From the IMG/VR virus record IMGVR_UViG_3300050154_000158: DNA of 59,347 nt; one strand, 5' to 3'. The notes beneath the pieces are model-generated. The model had not been told where the DNA came from, searched no databases, and saw only the letters and a list, made by a program, of their open reading frames with translations. The position numbers and the translations under genes were made by a program. Position 1 is the first letter of the stretch. The number at the start of each line of letters is the position of its first letter. Source of the stretch: a virus. This document shows positions 8,684 to 16,858 of this stretch, in pieces.

Positions 8684-9673
8684 CTAGACTGGGATGTCGT
8701 TTGTTTTGCGAGAGTTAACAAGGTTTTCAATAACCAATTTATCTTCTGGTGATAAGCTTCTCGCGATATCGAGTGCCGCATCAAAATTACCGTTCGATGC
8801 AAAATTAATGGCTTCTTGCAGCATGGGATCAACCTGAGATGCTTGTTGTTCTTGCTGCTGCTCGATAACTTGCCCCTCTTGTTGAAGACCGTCATCGACT
8901 ACATCAAACTCACCAGTTACAACAAAAGAATTATCTTGAGTAACTCCAGCGTCTGCTCTCTCATCAAGCGTCACAGCGGTTTGCATTTCGATGGATACTG
9001 GCAAGTATTTGAATAGGCGGCGGATTACGGTTTTCTTTGCCATCTCTTCAAAGTGGGTCATCCATGGGCCGCTATTTCCCGCTTTGCTTTGGGCTTTAAC
9101 TGCCATGACCTGCTCAAAGCTCATTACGTCAAACTGTACGCCACCATCTTTTAACTTTGCCACCGCGTAAACATGCGTCAACTTACCGGGATCGCTTCCT
9201 TCACATGGCTTGTGCTTCATGGTTTCATCAAGACCGTACTCATAACTGAATTCATCATTCTCGTGCACGGTTCTTGCTGAAAGACTGACGATCTGTCCAG
9301 AGCGGCGGGCTAAATCAATCATCCCGCGATAACCAACAATGAACTGAACTTCTACCGTGCCATTTTTACGATTGTTGAATGGCAACAAGTAGGCGTGGCC
9401 AAGTGCGCCGCCCGGTTCCAAGCCTAACTGAGCGCATTGCATGATCGCGCCAAGAAATGATTGCTGCTCACATCGGGCAAGCAGTGGGTTTTTACGTATC
9501 TCTGTTGTTGCAATACGAGCAAGGCGATCGGCTGTCATGTGCTTTGGAAGTGCCAGCGCCATTTGCTGTTTGATTTTTGGGTCACTCATCAACCCTGCGA
9601 TAGTTTGTGGTCGCTGCTGCTGCGCTGGCTGATTTCCAGTCGCAGTTCTCAGCGTATTGTTAGCCGATGCCAT
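8684..9673 (-). CDS. recT: RecT-family single-strand annealing protein
   Basis: FLGAIMQCAQLGLEPGGALGHAYLLPF is typical of RecT. It is paired with the exonuclease gene downstream. Confidence 0.85.
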   Translation of the reverse strand: MASANNTLRTATGNQPAQQQRPQTIAGLMSDPKIKQQMALALPKHMTADRLARIATTEIRKNPLLARCEQQSFLGAIMQCAQLGLEPGGALGHAYLLPFNNRKNGTVEVQFIVGYRGMIDLARRSGQIVSLSARTVHENDEFSYEYGLDETMKHKPCEGSDPGKLTHVYAVAKLKDGGVQFDVMSFEQVMAVKAQSKAGNSGPWMTHFEEMAKKTVIRRLFKYLPVSIEMQTAVTLDERADAGVTQDNSFVVTGEFDVVDDGLQQEGQVIEQQQEQQASQVDPMLQEAINFASNGNFDAALDIARSLSPEDKLVIENLVNSRKTNDIPV

Positions 9674-9700
9674 AGTGGTGTCCTTAAGGTATTCGTAATG

Positions 9701-10615
9701 TTATTTCAGGCGCAGAACGCGGGATTCAGACTGGCGCTTGAATTGTTCAAACAGTGCAGGGTGAGATTCCTGAAACTCTTTCTGGTTGAACCGATTGGTT
9801 ACTTGGCATTTCCATGTCGCAAGCGGATTGCCTGACATCGTGATAATGGAGGCATCTTTCATGGCGATCTTGAGCTTTGCCTCTTCGCCATCGATCGCGG
9901 CATCCAATTCTTTCTTTTTGGCTTTTAGCTCTTTCAGATTAAAGATGGCTTCAATGGCGCTTTCATCTGCTTCCACTGCTGAGCCATTGTCTTTTTTGAA
10001 TAACCGCTCGGCATCGCTGATTGTTTGTGGATCTGGTGGAGTGCGGTTCTGCACCATATTCCAGAAATTTATTTCCTTCTGGAGTAGGCTGGCGATCACG
10101 TCTTCATCACGATCTACTCGGTATGTTCTGAAATCATCCATTCCGATCATTGCACCAAAGATGCAAACTTGTTTGCCTGTAACCATTAGGCCGTGCATTG
10201 CCTGTGCAGCGTAATAGACGGGGATTTCATCGGTATCCATCACACCCCAATCTTTGGAAGCAAATGGATGAACTGTTTTGATTTCGATGTTCTCGCCTGA
10301 TTCGGCTTCCGCATCAATTTCAGCGCAAAGGAACGGGTATTCAGGATGTTGATAGCGACAACCACGGCGAGCAATTACCAAACCGGTTTCTTCTGCAAAC
10401 AGGTCGATAATGTAGGGCTCCATGCGTTTCCCGCGGGCAAAGATTTTTGCTTTACTGGCGTCTACTTCTTCGTTTTTGCCAACAACTTTATCCAGATAAA
10501 CATCTAGCGTGGTTTTCCAAGGAGATAATCCAAGAATTGCCGCGGCATCTGAACCACCGATATACAGTGAGCGATCTAACTCACCAACCTGACTTAATTC
10601 CACTTGTGCATTCAT
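9701..10615 (-). CDS. YqaJ-type viral recombinase exonuclease
   Basis: N-terminal YIGGSDAAAILGLSPWKT motif. 304 aa, in synteny with recT. Confidence 0.8.
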   Translation of the reverse strand: MNAQVELSQVGELDRSLYIGGSDAAAILGLSPWKTTLDVYLDKVVGKNEEVDASKAKIFARGKRMEPYIIDLFAEETGLVIARRGCRYQHPEYPFLCAEIDAEAESGENIEIKTVHPFASKDWGVMDTDEIPVYYAAQAMHGLMVTGKQVCIFGAMIGMDDFRTYRVDRDEDVIASLLQKEINFWNMVQNRTPPDPQTISDAERLFKKDNGSAVEADESAIEAIFNLKELKAKKKELDAAIDGEEAKLKIAMKDASIITMSGNPLATWKCQVTNRFNQKEFQESHPALFEQFKRQSESRVLRLK

Positions 10616-11007
10616 GATGCCTCCATCATATCTATCAGCGTGTCTGAGTTGCGGCGATCTGCTTCCGATGGAGCCAAATCGAGTGCAATTGATTTTGTTA
10701 TTTCCAGTTTTGTGCTCATCAGGACTTTTAACAGCACAAGCAGCACATCTGGTGATGCGTTATTGAAATAGGCTTCACTGAGAGACATCCATTGATTTGT
10801 AAGCAGGTCGGAGTCAACTTCGCGCTCAAGGATTGCTTGGCGATCAATGACGGAGTAATCGCCTTTAAGTGCTTCAAGTGCTAAGGAATCTGAAAACCGC
10901 TCCATGCTTTCGCGCATTTCTTCGCGACGCTCTTCTGGTGTGATGTGATAAACCGGAGAAAACGTTTTATTGAAATTGTCATTGAGGTGATTCATTACTG
11001 CTTGCAT
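10612..11007 (-). CDS. hypothetical protein (131 aa from the Met with GGAGG RBS)
   Basis: ORF with a strong RBS at the internal start. Its stop overlaps the exonuclease start by 4 nt. Confidence 0.55.
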   Translation of the reverse strand: MQAVMNHLNDNFNKTFSPVYHITPEERREEMRESMERFSDSLALEALKGDYSVIDRQAILEREVDSDLLTNQWMSLSEAYFNNASPDVLLVLLKVLMSTKLEITKSIALDLAPSEADRRNSDTLIDMMEAS

Positions 11008-11230
11008 CACGCACCTCCAGTGCAGCAAGAAGCGCATCAGCGTGTGCAACAGCGTGTCCTGCCGCTTGTTCATATGTGTATCTGTCGCTTGAATTAGCAC
11101 AAATACCCTGCATCGCAGCCATGGCAAACAATTCGCGCTTGGTTAGACCATGTGCAGCCGGATACCAACCAGGGTTATATCCATCTTGTTGCGCTCCGCA
11201 TGGCATTGCTGGCATATCACCGTTTTTCAT
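10979..11230 (-). CDS. hypothetical protein (83 aa)
   Basis: ATGA start/stop coupling with the upstream gene. GLTKRELFAMAAMQG is a motif seen in many small phage proteins. Confidence 0.55.
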   Translation of the reverse strand: MKNGDMPAMPCGAQQDGYNPGWYPAAHGLTKRELFAMAAMQGICANSSDRYTYEQAAGHAVAHADALLAALEVRDASSNESPQ

Positions 11231-11466
11231 AACACACCGTCCTTGCGCCATTGCTCTAACTGAATTTCCAAGTAACGCGCTTTATGAATTTGCGATACCA
11301 AGCTGCCTGGGTTAACGCGAATTTCAGATGATGACTTACGTATGTTTTGAACACGTTTTACGCGCTTACGGCGCTCATGCCATGACTGCATAGTGTTTAC
11401 GGCATTGGCTGATTTCAGCTTTAGCAATGCTGCAATTGAAGCTATTGATTCAATATGTTGTTTCAT
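11227..11466 (-). CDS. hypothetical basic protein (79 aa)
   Basis: ORF with a GGAGG RBS (ctGGAGGttatATG). Confidence 0.55.
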   Translation of the reverse strand: MKQHIESIASIAALLKLKSANAVNTMQSWHERRKRVKRVQNIRKSSSEIRVNPGSLVSQIHKARYLEIQLEQWRKDGVL

Positions 11467-11518
11467 ATAACCTCCAGAAAGTTTTGAAAGATGTGGTGTC
11501 TTTGAAGCTACTAAGCTC

Positions 11519-11540
11519 GCCCGGCATGGCGGGCTTTTTT
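11519..11540 (+). terminator. hairpin plus T6, oriented for plus-strand transcription inside a minus-strand operon
   Basis: GCCCG-gcatgg-CGGGC followed by TTTTTT on the plus strand. On the minus strand the hairpin has no U tract after it. Confidence 0.5.
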
Positions 11541-11610
11541 ATTGGTAAATCAGGGGTAGGGCGATTGTTGCGATGAACACTACAGCGATGAATAGAGCCG
11601 CGAACTTCAT
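11539..11610 (-). CDS. possible 23-aa hydrophobic peptide MKFAALFIAVVFIATIALPLIYQ
   Basis: Its ATG overlaps the upstream stop (ctATGA). The peptide is entirely hydrophobic. It is too short for the ORF track. Confidence 0.35.
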   Translation of the reverse strand: MKFAALFIAVVFIATIALPLIYQ

Positions 11611-11804
11611 AGTGCAAACTCCGCTTCAATACGCCGTCTTTCTTGCAGATCGTAAATCGCATCCCGTGCAGCTTTGGTGCGTAAATCAGCTTTAGTTGGT
11701 ACAGACTTAACTCGCACATCATCATTTTTACGAGGTGGAAGCACTGCAATGGTGTGCCACACGTTTCGGTTTTTCAGAACATCCGTTCTGGTCATTTGCG
11801 GCAT
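11607..11804 (-). CDS. hypothetical protein (65 aa from Met with GGAGG RBS)
   Basis: GGAGGaaacggaATG. The upstream extension in the ORF track has no RBS. Confidence 0.5.
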   Translation of the reverse strand: MPQMTRTDVLKNRNVWHTIAVLPPRKNDDVRVKSVPTKADLRTKAARDAIYDLQERRRIEAEFAL

Positions 11805-12478
11805 TCCGTTTCCTCCAAAAAAGAACCCTCCGAAGAGGGCAAAACACATGGGATAAAACTGGTTTACTGATAGGTACGAGCTATCTGGGAGCGCACTAAT
11901 CACCGGCTTCGATCGGCTTAAAATCAACCACTGGATAATGTCAGTGCGCTTTCAGATAAGGCCCATCACTGAGCCTTTTCGTATAACCATTTTCTAACCA
12001 CTAAAGAGCCTTAGGCAGAGCCTCACTGCCGCAGTATTTTCTATTTCGCCCCCTCTGGCCGAGGGAGTGTTGTGCTACGAACACAACGGTGGATTGCCAT
12101 CACTTGAAGCGTTGCAGGCATTCGAACTATTCGGTAATCCCTAATAGTTGCAATGACAATCCCCGTTACATTCATTACTCCGCTTGTCTCACCATAACCT
12201 CGGCGTCTCGTTTTCTTGTCTCGGCATGTGCTACAGGTCGGTTAGTAGGCCATGGCAGTTTTTCTGCTGACGGTTGGCTATGACTTAACAAGCGGCATTA
12301 CCCAAATTCTTAAAGAACAGCGATTTCAGGTTGAGTTTTCCCGCGTCAAGAAATCCGAAGATTTGACGGAAGGTTTCAATCTGTCGCGGGGTAAGGGAAA
12401 GCTCTCTGATCCAGCTTTGCATTACATCGCGTGTCGCTTGCGTGTCACGGTCGCCACCGTTTTGTGCGCCGGCTTTAT

Positions 12479-12506
12479 TTAGACACGTCCGGCTCCGTGT
12501 TATGCT
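12479..12506 (+). promoter_or_regulatory. candidate sigma70 promoter for the small plus-strand gene
   Basis: TTAGAC-N16-TATGCT, about 30 nt upstream of the ATG at 12539. Confidence 0.35.
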
Positions 12507-12538
12507 CCGAGATTCCACAACCAACGGAGTAAATCTGT

Positions 12539-12712
12539 ATGTCTTTAACACTTGATCAGCGCATTGCAGTTACACAAATTGCTGTTACTTATATGGCTGC
12601 TTTTACACCAACAACTAACGAGCAGGTTTTTCTCGAAAACCTCAAAAAGTACAGCGATCTAATCGAAAAACACATAAAGCCAAACCAACTAGACCACGGT
12701 GATATCAAGTAA
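12539..12712 (+). CDS. hypothetical 57-aa protein, convergent with the early-left operon
   Basis: ATG preceded by GGAG (9-nt spacing). Below the ORF-track cutoff. Ends 16 bp from the stop of 12729..12929. Confidence 0.4.
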   Translation: MSLTLDQRIAVTQIAVTYMAAFTPTTNEQVFLENLKKYSDLIEKHIKPNQLDHGDIK

Positions 12713-12728
12713 CCATCAGCCACAGCCG

Positions 12729-12929
12729 TCAGCAATACTTTAAGTAGGTGTTGACGGCTGAGTTAAAGGCATCTCTTGCCAGCTCAAGCGCTACATCATT
12801 TCTATTTAGCTCGTTAATCAGTTCGGCCGCCGCCGCATTCCCAGCAATAACTGCATCAACGCGGAACGCCGCTTTGCCCAATTCTTTTTCCGCTTCCGGC
12901 GCGCCTAACTTAGCTGGCTGATTACTCAT
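12729..12929 (-). CDS. first gene of the early-left operon, hypothetical 66 aa
   Basis: ATG with GGAG 7 nt upstream, about 75 nt downstream of the predicted leftward promoter. Confidence 0.55.
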   Translation of the reverse strand: MSNQPAKLGAPEAEKELGKAAFRVDAVIAGNAAAAELINELNRNDVALELARDAFNSAVNTYLKYC

Positions 12930-13004
12930 CACTCATCTCCATCAGTTCACACCTTGACGCGGTGACTTCGAGTTTGTTCTCTCGCCGCACTCTGTGCTGC
13001 TGAT

Positions 13005-13040
13005 GTGTTTAATTAAACACGCATCATGTTTATCTGTCAA
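13005..13040 (-). promoter_or_regulatory. early-left promoter (pL analog) with overlapping operators
   Basis: Minus strand: TTGACA (13035-13040)-N17-TTTAAT (13012-13017). The perfect palindrome GTGTTTAATTAAACAC (13005-13020) covers the -10. ATGTTTATCT motifs lie at 13026-13035 and 13063-13072. Confidence 0.65.
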
Positions 13041-13103
13041 CATGTGTTGTGTTTATTTTTTCATGTTTATCTGTGTTTTTTTGTGTTTATGGATTTCAGG
13101 CAA

Positions 13104-13126
13104 CAAAAAACCCGCCGAAGCGGGTT
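13104..13126 (-). terminator. Rho-independent terminator (minus strand) ending the YafO-like operon
   Basis: Minus strand: AACCCGC-ttcg-GCGGGTT followed by TTTTTT. Confidence 0.75.
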
Positions 13127-13145
13127 GGGTGGTTAGTTATTTTGC

Positions 13146-13553
13146 TTAGTACCAGGCTAGCATTTCAATATCAGATCGACTTAATGCGTGAAATGATTCC
13201 GCTTGGATCACCAGCCTAGGTAGCGCTCGGTCTATTGTCTTGTGCGCGTCTGGTGCGAGTATTGCCAACAACTGATAATGACTTGGGCAGACAATGTGCT
13301 CAACATACACAAGATAATTGTCGCTCTTTCTGTATTGCTGATAGACATTGGGGCCCCAGCTATCCGGCGGCAGCATTATGTGTATTTTTTTAATTCTAGA
13401 TAGTTGTGACTGTGGATTTCTTTCAAATTGAGAGTCAGCACCAAAGAATTTTGGCAGGCCAAGGTTGTTTTTGTATTGAGATAGGAGGCGTGAAAATCCA
13501 ATAGCAATATCATTGCCATAAAGTGATGGCGCAATACATGTCTTTGCGGTCAT
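13146..13553 (-). CDS. YafO-family toxin-like protein (135 aa)
   Basis: Aligns by eye with my recollection of E. coli YafO: FGAD/FGRD, KIHIML/VAHIHL, YLVY..QLLAILAPDAHK/HLVY..WLLIAILKPEPHK, QAESF/MAEAF. Confidence 0.65.
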   Translation of the reverse strand: MTAKTCIAPSLYGNDIAIGFSRLLSQYKNNLGLPKFFGADSQFERNPQSQLSRIKKIHIMLPPDSWGPNVYQQYRKSDNYLVYVEHIVCPSHYQLLAILAPDAHKTIDRALPRLVIQAESFHALSRSDIEMLAWY

Positions 13554-14131
13554 TACGAAGCCTTGCGTGGGGGCTCTATACCAAGAAACGCGTGAGATAT
13601 TTCCGCTGCCGCGTAAAACTGTTCTGCTGTGAATTCGAAATCAACGTCAATCTCAGCTTGAGACATGGTTTGCCTAATTGCGTCATTTAAATCAAGAAGC
13701 GCATTTCTTACCTTGTTGAGTCTGTACACAAAGTTTTTCCCAATCAAATCAATGGAGTCATTTTGGGTTTCTAATTCTTTTGATAGCTTTGCGCTATCAA
13801 GCATGCACTTGATTATGTTTATATTTTCGTTATAGATTTTTATACAACTATCAACCACATGCATTAGATCTGGAGTTAAATCGTCAGTTTGCTCTGCATC
13901 TTTAATCTGCAAAACATACCCTCGGATTTTATTTTCTATTAAATCCAAATCTGAGAATGCCTTCATTATTTGAGCTATAACTTCATGAACCTTAAAGACA
14001 GAAACATTGCCAGTCATGTTCAATGATATTGTACTAAATGGCTTCAATAGCTCGACCGCAGATAACTGCGAATCCAGTATCTCATTAATGAGCGCAGGAC
14101 TGCCTTTTGCAACATCAGCACTGAAACCCAT
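13553..14131 (-). CDS. hypothetical helical protein (192 aa), putative partner of the YafO-like toxin
   Basis: Its stop TAA overlaps the toxin ATG (TAATG). ATG with a GAGG RBS. It does not resemble YafN/Phd-type antitoxins. Confidence 0.6.
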   Translation of the reverse strand: MGFSADVAKGSPALINEILDSQLSAVELLKPFSTISLNMTGNVSVFKVHEVIAQIMKAFSDLDLIENKIRGYVLQIKDAEQTDDLTPDLMHVVDSCIKIYNENINIIKCMLDSAKLSKELETQNDSIDLIGKNFVYRLNKVRNALLDLNDAIRQTMSQAEIDVDFEFTAEQFYAAAEISHAFLGIEPPRKAS

Positions 14132-14179
14132 ATACACCTCAACAGAACTTAGTACAACGAAAGTAACTTAATTCTATGT

Positions 14180-14197
14180 GTAAACCATTCGGTTTAC
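14180..14197. promoter_or_regulatory. palindromic operator candidate upstream of the YafO-like operon
   Basis: GTAAACC-attc-GGTTTAC. On the minus strand it is followed by a TAGAAT -10-like hexamer. Confidence 0.4.
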
Positions 14198-14232
14198 CAC
14201 CTTAAACCACGGATCGTGCAAATCAGATCGCC

Positions 14233-14260
14233 ACAAAAAGAAAACCCGCACTTAGCGGGC
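14233..14260 (-). terminator. Rho-independent terminator (minus strand) ending the cI-linked gene block
   Basis: Minus strand: CCCGC-taagt-GCGGG followed by TTTTCTTTTT. Confidence 0.65.
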
Positions 14261-14280
14261 TTGATGTGACATGGGAGATA

Positions 14281-14487
14281 TTATTGTGAAGAGTCTTCGT
14301 AAGCTGACATGACCTTTTCCATGTCATTCCCAACTTTTTCCCAATCCTGCCTGAGGGACCGTGCCGCACTTGTCGATGTTGGGCGATTTTTCATTACAGC
14401 GGAAGACAAGGGACCGCAAAAATTCACTGGCATTAGCTCCAGCATTCTTGCCGCCGCAGATAGATATTGGTTTGCTTTTAACTTCAT
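14281..14487 (-). CDS. hypothetical protein (68 aa)
   Basis: ORF upstream of the terminator. Function unknown. Confidence 0.45.
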   Translation of the reverse strand: MKLKANQYLSAAARMLELMPVNFCGPLSSAVMKNRPTSTSAARSLRQDWEKVGNDMEKVMSAYEDSSQ

Positions 14488-14518
14488 GAGTGGCCAAATA
14501 CCAAGAGCGAGGAAAGAA

Positions 14519-15154
14519 TCATTTCTTCTGCTGATTCATTTCAGTCAGTAGGGTTTTAATGTCGGAAAGTGTTTCAGCTTTTTGCTTTTGAAGCTTTGCG
14601 TCAGTATCAGCATTTGATTTGTCAATCTTATCGTTCAACTGATCAATCTTTCCGCTAAGTTTTGACTCTAGTGTGGAGTTATTTGCTTTTACGACTTCCA
14701 TTGCATTATTGTTAGCCCATAAAGCAATTGGAGCATAAATAGCAACAATACCAACAACCACTGTTAGGGCGGCCCCAAGCATCCACACTTTAAGTGATTT
14801 ATTTTCAACGAGCCGATCTCTTTTGTCTTGATGAAACTCGTCCGCGATTTGTTTGTTTTGCTCTTTCATTTGCTCGGCGATAAGCTCTATTCTGCCGATC
14901 CTTGCGTCAATTTTCGACTCTATAAGCTCTAATCTGGCATCCAGCTCACCGCGAGAAACGTAGTCACTCATTTTTTCTTTCTCTTTTCGTTCACCTTCGC
15001 CTTTAATATAGACTTCATTTGTAGCGCTCACAACAGGGGGCTCCTCTATGCTGCTAGGCTCAACTGCATATTCTGGATATATTGATTGCTGATCATTGCT
15101 TATATTTTTTGCTGAAAAGAAATCAAACACGTTATTGTCAGAGTTATTATTCAT
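14519..15154 (-). CDS. membrane-anchored coiled-coil protein (211 aa; may start at internal MSDY)
   Basis: One clear TM segment (VWMLGAALTVVVGIVAIYAPIALW) flanked by coiled-coil-like charged repeats. Confidence 0.6.
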   Translation of the reverse strand: MNNNSDNNVFDFFSAKNISNDQQSIYPEYAVEPSSIEEPPVVSATNEVYIKGEGERKEKEKMSDYVSRGELDARLELIESKIDARIGRIELIAEQMKEQNKQIADEFHQDKRDRLVENKSLKVWMLGAALTVVVGIVAIYAPIALWANNNAMEVVKANNSTLESKLSGKIDQLNDKIDKSNADTDAKLQKQKAETLSDIKTLLTEMNQQKK

Positions 15155-15164
15155 AATCTATCCG

Positions 15165-15464
15165 TTAAATAACGTTGTGCTCTTTCAATAGACTTCCAAG
15201 GTGAGCGTGAAGATACTTTAGAGTATCAAGATCTGTTCTGGCGACAAATTCCACTCTTGGTTTTGTAGCTTGGGGCTGAAGTTCGCCCACATTTCCTGTT
15301 AATCCTGATATAGAAAATATCGCCATTTCAACAACTTTTCTTTTTGTCCCGCTAACCTCATATAGATTAACCGAAAATCCGTCTGCATTCCCCCGCGGCG
15401 CTCGGTCTAGGTCGTATAGCTCGGCCTTGTTGATTGCGTTCACAAGTTTGTTTTCATTATTCAT
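15165..15464 (-). CDS. hypothetical protein (99 aa)
   Basis: ORF 10 nt upstream of the membrane protein gene. No recognisable motif. Confidence 0.55.
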   Translation of the reverse strand: MNNENKLVNAINKAELYDLDRAPRGNADGFSVNLYEVSGTKRKVVEMAIFSISGLTGNVGELQPQATKPRVEFVARTDLDTLKYLHAHLGSLLKEHNVI

Positions 15465-15506
15465 TTTTTATCTCCGTTTTATAAATTAAAAAGATTTCTA
15501 TTCAGA

Positions 15507-15980
15507 TCATTTTTTATTCAGGGCTGATGTTGGTAACCAGAACTGAGCTTTGGTTTTGTTATCAGAAACCCAGGCTGAAAATTCATCTTTCTTGATATTC
15601 ATGATCGTCACCTTCACCTTATTTCTTCCTGTTGAACAAAGCGCCACTCCTTGATCGAGCGTGTCCACTTGCGCCGCGGTTCTTAAATTGTCAATCATTG
15701 CCTTCGTCTCTCCTTGAAACTCTGGCTCTCCGGTTTCTGGTGAAATGTTTGGCGTTGTACCAGTAAGCTGAATGGTGACCGCCGCTAAGGCAAATGTTTC
15801 ATTTACGTAATTTGATAATTCGCGTGTTGGACAGGCGTAGTACCAGTCTCGCTTGCTTGCAACGGTAATGGCCGTATCTCCAGCCATACAGCCAAGCTTG
15901 TCACATGATTTACTCATGTCCGATGCGGTTGCATTAAGGGCAACTGAAAGCAAGGCGGCTCCAATAGCTAATAGTTTCAT
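15507..15980 (-). CDS. secreted/periplasmic protein (157 aa) with signal peptide
   Basis: N-terminus MKLLAIGAALLSVALNATA, followed by a Cys-containing mature domain. Confidence 0.6.
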   Translation of the reverse strand: MKLLAIGAALLSVALNATASDMSKSCDKLGCMAGDTAITVASKRDWYYACPTRELSNYVNETFALAAVTIQLTGTTPNISPETGEPEFQGETKAMIDNLRTAAQVDTLDQGVALCSTGRNKVKVTIMNIKKDEFSAWVSDNKTKAQFWLPTSALNKK

Positions 15981-16027
15981 TCCGTGATCCCTATGATTAA
16001 TTATGTAAAAGGCCGCTCTATGGCGAC

Positions 16028-16792
16028 CTACAGTTTTTTTGATATCCAGGCTAATTTTACGCGACCAAGAACGCTGAATTTATCTCGTTCGCCATCTTCA
16101 ATAAGGTATGGCTCATATTGTTTATTATCTGAAATCATCAGAATTGAACCATCAGGCCGGCGCTGAAGTCTCTTTATATAAAGCTGATCATTGATGGTTA
16201 GAACATAAACCGCATCGGTAATGACATCCTTGATCCCTGAGTCAACGATCAAAACATCACCATCGTAGAACGTTGGCTGCATACTGTCACCAGAACCAGT
16301 AATCATCGCCAAGTTTGAAGTGTTTGTTATATTTAAATTTCTAGCGACCCAATCTTTTCTAAGAACAATCTCTTCTGCAACAACATCATAATCAGGAACT
16401 ATTGAACCAGGGCCCATTGAGGCAGAAACATCCAACCTTGGAACAGCAACGACTTCTGAATCGACTTTATTTGCCGCCGCCATTGAATTGTTGATTTCAT
16501 GCATAAAGGCAATGTTATCGGTTAATGCCTTATTTATTGCTGGATCAAACGGCATTTGAGTTGGTGCATCAACAAGCAATATCTCGGACTCGCTAACCCC
16601 AAGCGCAGCAGCAATAACAGCTACAGTTGGTCTATCCATGCCATTTCTGCCGGATTCGTAGTTACCAATCCTTGATTGAGACCATCCGCATTTTTCAGCC
16701 AAAAAAGCCTGAGACCAATCCTTAGACTCTCTGATTTCTTTAACTTTTAATCCCATCGCGTACTTAATCGGTCTTTTTTCTGGAGTTTTCAT
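16028..16792 (-). CDS. cI: CI-like repressor: XRE HTH plus LexA/S24 autopeptidase domain
   Basis: HTH (SQAFLAEKCGWSQSRIGNYESG) and C-terminal GSGDSMQPTFYDGDVLIVD...YIKRL (Ser/Lys dyad). Start set at MKTPEKR (alternative 16807). Confidence 0.85.
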   Translation of the reverse strand: MKTPEKRPIKYAMGLKVKEIRESKDWSQAFLAEKCGWSQSRIGNYESGRNGMDRPTVAVIAAALGVSESEILLVDAPTQMPFDPAINKALTDNIAFMHEINNSMAAANKVDSEVVAVPRLDVSASMGPGSIVPDYDVVAEEIVLRKDWVARNLNITNTSNLAMITGSGDSMQPTFYDGDVLIVDSGIKDVITDAVYVLTINDQLYIKRLQRRPDGSILMISDNKQYEPYLIEDGERDKFSVLGRVKLAWISKKL

Positions 16793-16858
16793 CTGACCAC
16801 CAATCATGTTTTTTGGTTTTATACCACATCCTGTGTTAATTAAATTACATGTATCGTG

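Noticed and set aside
12252-12551. ORFs 12252-12482 (+), 12285-12551 (-) and 12089-12283 (+)
   Set aside because: They have no Shine-Dalgarno sequences, odd composition and mutual overlap. The region is treated as non-coding or structured, or possibly decayed genes, rather than annotating these as CDS.
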